Made by a program: the position numbers and the translations under genes. A stretch of DNA of 64,000 nucleotides from Basidiobolus meristosporus CBS 931.73 (lineage: Eukaryota > Fungi > Basidiobolomycota). The notes under the pieces were generated by a model that made no database searches, was not told the DNA's origin, and saw only the letters and a program-made list of their open reading frames with translations. This document shows, one piece after another, positions 62,001-64,000 of this stretch (the first letter of the stretch is position 1; each line of letters starts with the position of its first letter). The stretch lies in contig MCFE01000026.1 in NCBI GenBank assembly GCA_002104905.1, forward strand, positions 1-64,000. The letters run 5' to 3'.

Positions 62001-63377
62001 GGTTTGTTGCGTCACCTCCAACCCTTTCCATACCAATTAATCTGAATCTTTGTTCTGCAGCAACGTGCTTGGATTCACGCTTATCATCATGTTCAGATGA
62101 AGTTACGGAGGACGCCAACCTTAAACCAGGATAAACGCAAGAACAAGCTGGTTGATCTTAAAGACCAGCTTCAAGACCAGTTCCAGAAATATTACTCCAA
62201 GATCATCAACAAGCCTTCGTATACTTATGGCGGGAGTCGCAGCGACTTCGCTAGGTAGGCCCCACTGCAAGCCAAATCCTAAGCTAGGTTCTAATGACAT
62301 TTCTGCATGCCAGGTTGGCCCGTCGACTGTGCGGCAAATCTGTTGGTCTGGTCCTTGGAGGAGGCGGTGCCAAAGGAATTGCCCATATAGGCTTGATCCG
62401 TGCTCTAGAGGAGGCTGGTATACCGGTAGATATGGTTGGCGGCACTAGCATTGGCGCGTTCATCGGTGGACTGTATGCCCGCGACCCCGACACCGTATCC
62501 ATCTATGGACGCGCTAAAATGTTTTCTGGCCGCATGTCTAGCTACTGGAGGCTTGCACTAGACTTCACCTATCCTGCAGCCGCGTGGTTTACAGGTACCT
62601 GGATTTGTGGCTTGGCTCTCCTTTGTGATGTCTACTAATGCGCTGGCTCCTACAGGTCACGAATTTAACCGTGGGATTTGGAAATGCTTTTCGGACACCC
62701 AAATTGAGGACCTGTGGCTTCCATATTTCTGTGTGACCACCAACATCACTCTTTCTCGAATAGAAACCCATCGGATGGGCTATCTCTGGCGTTATGTGAG
62801 AGCGTCCATGTCACTCTCCGGATTTCTCCCACCATTGTGCGACAATGGAAACATGCTGGTAGACGGTGGATACATGGACAACCTACCGGTAAGCATTCTT
62901 GAGATATCCTTCAACTCACCTTCACAGACTTACCCCGCTGATTAGGTCAGCTACATGAAATCAATGGGCGCGGAGAAAATCTTTGCTTTCGACGTAGCAG
63001 CCGAGGATGACAACTCCCCAGCCACCTACGGTGACTCGCTCTCTGGATGGCGTGTCCTATTGCACCAGCTCAACCCGTTCAGTCGACAACGCATCCCAAC
63101 CCTAACCGAGATCCAGTCGAGACTGGCTTATGTGTCCTGTGTGCGGACGCTAGAGGAGGCCAAGAACATCGAAGGGTGCATGTACTCCAAGGTTCCGGTC
63201 CAGCAATTCGGAGTGCTGGAGTTCAATCGTTTCGAGGAGATCTATCAGATCGGCTACGAGCACGGTAAAGAAACACTGCGCAAATGGCAAGAACAGGGGC
63301 TGCTTGACCACTGGCTCAAACCCAAATCCGGCACCGAGAAGCAGTCGCGGAAGAATGGCCGACGCAACTCCATCTAG
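59019..63377 (+). CDS. NTE1: Neuropathy target esterase / lysophospholipase Nte1, multi-exon
   Basis: N-terminal TM segment, cNMP-binding domains, and patatin motifs GGGGAKG, GTSIG and DGG. Confidence 0.96.
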
Positions 63378-63758
63378 CGCTCGGTGGTAGATTAGAATTT
63401 TGTGTAATCATAGACTAGTGGTGATTAGGAAGGAATTCAATAAATCTCGCCTCGTCTCGAGTCGATGGGGATGACTTGGCCTGATTGGAAAATTTCATCC
63501 AGGTGGTTATAAAAAAAGTCTATCGTCACCTTGTATCACTTCAATCCCTCAAGTAGAATAATAGATGGGCCCTTTAGAAAAGCTCACCCGAACCACCCTC
63601 GACAAGGTAAACTGCCACCTCCCCCCGGCCCCTCGAGACATATTAACCCCCAAGGTTCTAGACGATATTCATCGCCGTATTCGTTGCCACCATATCGCTT
63701 CTATGCCTACCGTTCATCCAAACCGTGTACGCCGGGGCTGGCGGCCTATGTTGCGCAC

Positions 63759-64000
63759 TCACTGGTACACCTTGATATGCATATGTTTCCGAAAGTGGAA
63801 GGGAGGTTTCTGAAACGAGTTGCCTTCTGTAGCCAAGGCGTTGAAACGGATCATTCGACAGCCACGACCCGCCTCCCCCAACGTGAGATCCGGCTACGGG
63901 ATGCCCTCTAGCCATTCGCAAAACACCGCCTTTTTCACGAGCTACTTCAACCTCTACCTGGCGAGGCAAACGCCGACCGTGGCTAGGACGGGGATACTTC
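63759..64000 (-). CDS. Possible 3' end of a gene entering from the right edge
   Basis: A GT-AG segment (63894-63957) joins KYPRPSHGRRLPRQ to PDLTLGEAG...HMHIKVYQ-TGA. No family recognised. Confidence 0.25.

Noticed and set aside
55042-62771. Many antisense or alternative-frame ORFs within dynactin and NTE1 (likewise within ELG1, TRS85 and SPA2)
   Set aside because: Explained by codon structure of the real genes.

Overview
This is eukaryotic, intron-rich fungal DNA. Introns are GT-AG and mostly about 54-68 nt. The gene mix (phytochelatin synthase, a sphingomyelin-synthase-family enzyme, CBM18-CE4) suggests an early-diverging fungus; a Basidiobolus-like lineage is my guess, not shown. Positions 1-6.7 kb are a CpG-depleted domain holding an intact, very young Ty1/copia LTR retrotransposon: 350-bp LTRs with one mismatch, a GAGAA target-site duplication and a half-tRNA(iMet) primer site. 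After an SDR gene and an IQ+BAG gene comes a five-gene secreted/chitin-related cluster (9.3-14.0 kb), the most unusual part of the window. Two hevein/CBM18 genes sit in 849-bp near-perfect inverted repeats around a 916-bp spacer carrying a third paralog. Identity drops abruptly to about two-thirds inside their C-terminal GPI signals, which points to recent gene conversion or inversion between old paralogs. Next to them are a secreted protein with 24 consecutive GX3 units and a CBM18-CE4 deacetylase lacking its catalytic-base Asp. The rest is mostly housekeeping: ELG1, a divergent G-protein gamma subunit, two forkhead paralogs, an MFS transporter, an Ssp120-like EF-hand protein, BC10, URA6-like, SWS2, a degenerate CLASP-N gene, TRS85, LIA1, SPA2, KAP120, PCS1, SMS-like, dynactin p150 and NTE1. 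I found no tRNA, rRNA or CRISPR array. Spliced gene models and counts were made by eye; no database searches were run.
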